A stretch of DNA of 64,000 nucleotides, taken from assembly GCA_964228145.1 (NCBI GenBank), contig CAXQZJ010000071.1:12898-76897 (forward strand), given 5' to 3'. The notes under the pieces were generated by a model. The model made no database searches. It saw nothing but the letters and a program-made list of their open reading frames with translations, and had not been told where the DNA came from. Positions 60,188 to 64,000 of the stretch are shown piece after piece. The stretch's first letter is position 1. Each line of letters opens with the position of its first letter. The DNA is from Alteromonadaceae bacterium (GTDB taxonomy: Bacteria; Pseudomonadota; Gammaproteobacteria; Enterobacterales; Alteromonadaceae). The position numbers were made by a program, and so were the translations under genes.

Positions 60188-62755
60188 ATGACTAAAGCAG
60201 CAACACAAATTTCGCGGACCTTGACCGCGGTCGCCGCTGCAACACTAATTGGCTGTGGCGGTGGCGCTACTACTTCAACTGACCTGAATGTCGTGCAACC
60301 CAGTGAACCAGTAAATGATTGGGAACTGGTTTGGAGCGATGAATTCGACGGGAGTAGCATCGATAGCAACAAGTGGACGCACGAGGTCAACTGCGACGGC
60401 GGTGGCAATAATGAGGCGCAATGCTATACCGCTGACAGTGCTAACTCCTTTGTTGCGGACGGATATCTGAATATTGTTGCTTTACCTGCGGAGCAGGGAG
60501 CAGAGAAACCGTATACATCAGCACGAATGACTACCCAGTATAAAGGTGATTTTAAATACGGCCGGATTGAGATGCGGGCGAAATTACCTTCTGGTCAGGG
60601 CAGCTGGCCAGCATTTTGGATGATGCCTACTGATGCTGTTTACGGCGGGTGGCCGCGCAGTGGTGAGATCGACATTGTAGAAGCAGTCAACCTCAAGGCG
60701 GCTGATGCAGAGGGTAATCCGGAAGCTCATGTTTACGGCACGATTCACTATGGGTCTGGGCCGGCTGAGGGAGAGCGTTTATCTTCAGGTCAACCCTATC
60801 TGCTGCCAGACGGTCAAAATCCAGCTGATGATTTCCATACTTATGCGATCGAGTGGCAAGAAGGTGAAATCCGTTGGTACGTAGATGGCTATCTGTATGC
60901 CACTCAGCGCCGCTCAGAAGTCCGATACAATCGTGACAACGAGCCGACAGGATTGCGCCACAAAGGCTGGTACACCGAATACTTTAATCAAGCGACTGGT
61001 GAATTGGAAAAGCATTGGGATAATGCCCCGTTTGATCAGGAATTTTATCTGATTCTGAACCAGGCTGTAGGCGGAAATTGGCCTGAGGCCGTGAACGAAA
61101 CAGGCATCGATGCGGAGGCGTTTGCTAATGGACAGACCTTCCAGATTGATTATGTCAGAGTATTTCAATGCGCGCTGGATCCGGAAACGGGTAAAGGGTG
61201 TGAAACGCTGCGTCCGGGTTACGATAGCTTAGAAGATGCCTTGGTTGAAGGCGCGGCACCGATTCCGGCAGCGCCTTCTAATGGAGAACCGGACCCTGTC
61301 ACCATGTTATTCGATGATGCGCTGGCCACTGATTTGACCTTGGACAGTTACAATCCGGATGGTGCTGTGGCACTGGACCAGGTAGAAGAAGCTGGGCGAG
61401 GCATGGTACTGGAAATGGTAAAAAGCGGCGCCGTAGGCAACTTCTTTTTTACTGCTGATCAACCTTATGATCTTACCGCCTACGGTACCCGCGGTGAATT
61501 AGTCTTTGATGTGAAAATCACCAGCGCTGATGCAGGCGTTGACCTGTATGTGAAATTTGACAGCGGTTGGCCCAATGTCAGTGACATGATTGTTGATGTT
61601 GATGCAGACGGTCAGTGGCATACGGTCAGAATTAATATGGCCGAGTTGTTGGCAAGAGAAAATACCTTTGCGCCAGGCAATCAGGCTGACCCCAGTAGTG
61701 TTGCAAACATTTTTGTCGCCGAAGCGACAGGTGTAATGACGGCATATTTTGACAATGTGCGCTTGGAGTACCCGGCTGGAGGTTCAACCACGACCTTTTT
61801 CGACGATGCGCTTGCATCGGATTTAATTATCGATAGCTACAACCCTGACGGTGTGGTGAGTTATGACATTGTCGCCGAGCCAGACCGCGGAAATGTATTG
61901 TCAGTGAATAAAGCTGGGGCCACCGGTAACCTGTTCTTCACTGCTGACGTACCCTACGACTTTACTCAATTCGGTGAAGGTGCAGAACTGGTATTTGATC
62001 TACAGGTTTCCAGCCTTGACGGCGGAGCGGAACTGTTGGTTAAGCTTGACAGTGGCTGGCCAAACGTCAGTGACACCAGTGTGACCCTGCCAGCGACCGG
62101 CGAATGGGCAACAATTCGACTGAATCTTGCCGATTTGCTTGCTCAGGAAAATCGATACTCACCGGGATCATATGCGGACCCAACCAGTGTGGTTAACGTG
62201 TTTGTTGTAGAACCGACCGCGGCAATGGCATTTAAGTTGGATAATGTCCGTATTGAAGTTCCGGCGCCAGCACAAGTCAGTATGTTGTACGACGATATGC
62301 TTGCCGCTGGCCTTATCTTCAACAGTTACAACCCCGATGGTGCGGTCAGCATTGCTGAGATCGCCGAAACTGATCGCGGTTCTGTCATCGAACTAACTAA
62401 AACTGGTGCAGTGGGGAACTTTTATTTCGAATCGGATGTGCCTTATGACCTGAGTGATTGGGGAGCACAAAGTGAAATCGTATTCGACGTCTATTTGGAA
62501 AGTGCCGATGCCGGTGTAGAGCTATACGTTAAGTTGGATAGTGGCTGGCCAAATGTGAGTGACACGACCATCACTTTACCGGAAGCAGGAAGCTGGACGG
62601 AAATACGCATTAACATTGCTGATTTATTGGCCCGTGAAAACAGCTTCTCACCCGGTTCATACGCAGATCCGTTAAACATCACCAATATTTTTGTGGTAGA
62701 GCCAACTGGCCCTATGGTGATTAGATTTGACAATGTGCGATTAGAAAAGCGCTAA
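60188..62755 (+). CDS. GH16 endo-beta-1,3-glucanase (laminarinase-type) lipoprotein with three C-terminal repeat domains
   Basis: Lipobox LIGC; WSDEFDG, WPAFWMMP, catalytic EIDIVE motif; repeats start at 61304, 61793 and 62282. Confidence 0.92.
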   Translation: MTKAATQISRTLTAVAAATLIGCGGGATTSTDLNVVQPSEPVNDWELVWSDEFDGSSIDSNKWTHEVNCDGGGNNEAQCYTADSANSFVADGYLNIVALPAEQGAEKPYTSARMTTQYKGDFKYGRIEMRAKLPSGQGSWPAFWMMPTDAVYGGWPRSGEIDIVEAVNLKAADAEGNPEAHVYGTIHYGSGPAEGERLSSGQPYLLPDGQNPADDFHTYAIEWQEGEIRWYVDGYLYATQRRSEVRYNRDNEPTGLRHKGWYTEYFNQATGELEKHWDNAPFDQEFYLILNQAVGGNWPEAVNETGIDAEAFANGQTFQIDYVRVFQCALDPETGKGCETLRPGYDSLEDALVEGAAPIPAAPSNGEPDPVTMLFDDALATDLTLDSYNPDGAVALDQVEEAGRGMVLEMVKSGAVGNFFFTADQPYDLTAYGTRGELVFDVKITSADAGVDLYVKFDSGWPNVSDMIVDVDADGQWHTVRINMAELLARENTFAPGNQADPSSVANIFVAEATGVMTAYFDNVRLEYPAGGSTTTFFDDALASDLIIDSYNPDGVVSYDIVAEPDRGNVLSVNKAGATGNLFFTADVPYDFTQFGEGAELVFDLQVSSLDGGAELLVKLDSGWPNVSDTSVTLPATGEWATIRLNLADLLAQENRYSPGSYADPTSVVNVFVVEPTAAMAFKLDNVRIEVPAPAQVSMLYDDMLAAGLIFNSYNPDGAVSIAEIAETDRGSVIELTKTGAVGNFYFESDVPYDLSDWGAQSEIVFDVYLESADAGVELYVKLDSGWPNVSDTTITLPEAGSWTEIRINIADLLARENSFSPGSYADPLNITNIFVVEPTGPMVIRFDNVRLEKR
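61304..62752 (+). repeat. Three tandem ~163-aa domains (489-nt period)
   Basis: Each unit has DD...SYNPDG...GN.FF...PYD...VFD...K(F/L)DSGWPNVSD...W...R.N...LLA.EN..PG..ADP...N.FV.E.T....DNVR.E. Confidence 0.93.
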
Positions 62756-62836
62756 CCAGGGCTGATGTGTTTGACACAGTCAATCGTTAATTTAACCGGA
62801 TCCTTTAGCAGGATCCGGTGTTAAGGAAGCAAGATC

Positions 62837-64000
62837 ATGACAATTAAACATTCCTTCAAAAAAACGCCCCTTGCCGCCACTATCGCTATTGCGTTGGGAT
62901 CTGCGTTTATATTGCCCGCCGAAGCCAGACAACAGGACCAGCAACAGGCCAATAGCGAAGTAGAGGTGATTGAAGTTAGCGGTATCCGCGGCAGCTTAAT
63001 TCGCTCCATGGATCTAAAGCGCGAGTCCAGCGGTGTAGTCGATGCGATCTCTGCCGAGGAATTGGGTAAATTTCCCGACACCAACCTGGCTGAGGCATTA
63101 CAGCGTATTACCGGTGTGACAATCAGTCGCTCTAATGGTGAAGGCAGCCAGATCACAGTCCGTGGCTTTGGCCCTGATTTCAACCTGGTTACCCTTAATG
63201 GCAGACAAATGCCGGGTACTGGTTTTACCCGCTCATACAGCTTGGAAAATCTATCTTCTGAAGGGGTGAGAACCCTGGAGTTGCATAAGACTGCGCGAGC
63301 AGAAAACCCAAGTGGTGGTCTAGGTGCGACGGTGAATATTATCACTACCAAACCACTGCAAAGCCCCGGGCAAAATGCCACTTTTTCAGTCAAAGGTATT
63401 TACGACACTTCTAATGAGGAGGGCGATGATGTCACGCCAGAGTTAGCAGGGGTTTACAGCAATACCTTCGCTGATGACAGATTCGGCGTGGGTGTTTCAT
63501 TCTCCCATCAAGAGCGAGACTTTCAGCAACAAACGGCCAACATTCAGGGCTGGGTGATGCAGCCCAACAGTGCGTTACCGGACTTGGACCCCTCACAGGT
63601 GATAGACAATCGCTCAGCGATCACCGATGTGGCGTTTTTCCCGAAGGACATGAATTACAGTATTAATGACTTGCAACGTGAGCGCACTAACGGTCAGTTA
63701 ACCTTGCAATTCAGACCTGTGGATGCGCTAACGGCGACAGTGGATTACACGGCCAGTCGCGCCATTACCGGGGTGAATACAGTAGGCTGGGGTATTTGGA
63801 ATAACTTCGGAGCTAACATTAATAGTTATGAATTAGACAGCAATGGGACTGTCTTGTATGCCGATATAAGTGGTGATGACGGTTCATTTACCGCCAGTCG
63901 CAGTACGACTCAAGTTGACGCCCGCTCAGTGGGACTGAATTTGGACTGGCAAATCAATGATGACTGGCAGTTATCGTTGGATTACCACGACTCGTACAAT
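62837..64000 (+). CDS. TonB-dependent receptor (glycan-uptake type), truncated by the window end
   Basis: My translation from ATG 62837 after AAGGA: signal peptide, EVIEVSGIRGSL, DAISAEELGKFPDTNLAEALQRITGV, VRGFGP; missed by the ORF track. Confidence 0.93.
   Translation, partial: MTIKHSFKKTPLAATIAIALGSAFILPAEARQQDQQQANSEVEVIEVSGIRGSLIRSMDLKRESSGVVDAISAEELGKFPDTNLAEALQRITGVTISRSNGEGSQITVRGFGPDFNLVTLNGRQMPGTGFTRSYSLENLSSEGVRTLELHKTARAENPSGGLGATVNIITTKPLQSPGQNATFSVKGIYDTSNEEGDDVTPELAGVYSNTFADDRFGVGVSFSHQERDFQQQTANIQGWVMQPNSALPDLDPSQVIDNRSAITDVAFFPKDMNYSINDLQRERTNGQLTLQFRPVDALTATVDYTASRAITGVNTVGWGIWNNFGANINSYELDSNGTVLYADISGDDGSFTASRSTTQVDARSVGLNLDWQINDDWQLSLDYHDSYN

Noticed and set aside
61304-62752. 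CRISPR array or other non-coding repeat
   Set aside because: The repeats are in-frame protein domains with synonymous divergence and no repeat-spacer structure; no cas genes are present.
62821-63393. 190-aa minus-strand ORF
   Set aside because: Antisense shadow of the TonB-dependent receptor that starts at 62837 on the plus strand.

Overview
Mostly core chromosome of a marine Alteromonadaceae-like gammaproteobacterium (inferred from gene content and order). Left to right: the 5' part of a truncated minus-strand gene (possibly FliK-like); a complete ccmABCDEFGHI-mlaA operon followed by a WbpP/TviC-type epimerase; folD; a tRNA-Pro/Arg/His/Pro cluster; tig-clpP-clpX-lon-hupB-ppiD; a nitroreductase; pspF-sapABCDF divergent from sigma54-driven pspABC; a TyrR/PhhR-controlled Phe/Tyr catabolic cluster (phhAB, tyrR, hppD, hmgA, fahA, maiA); a TetR / AhpD-like / YghU redox module; a MoxR-VWA-RDD-FabH-like operon; an ~8 kb accessory-looking block (orphan binding protein, type IB topoisomerase, Fur-boxed TonB receptor/PepSY locus, fused double solute-binding protein); the attenuator-controlled his operon; an M28 peptidase; and the start of a probable laminarin utilisation locus (GH16 lipoprotein with three 163-aa repeats, then a TonB-dependent receptor). 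I found no integrase, transposase, prophage or CRISPR array. The clearest anomaly is an in-frame TGA at a conserved Gly codon in hisD. The best candidates for undescribed biology are the fused orphan binding protein, the triple repeat domain of the GH16, the MoxR-VWA-RDD-FabH operon and the topoisomerase IB block. None of these could be confirmed as novel without database searches.
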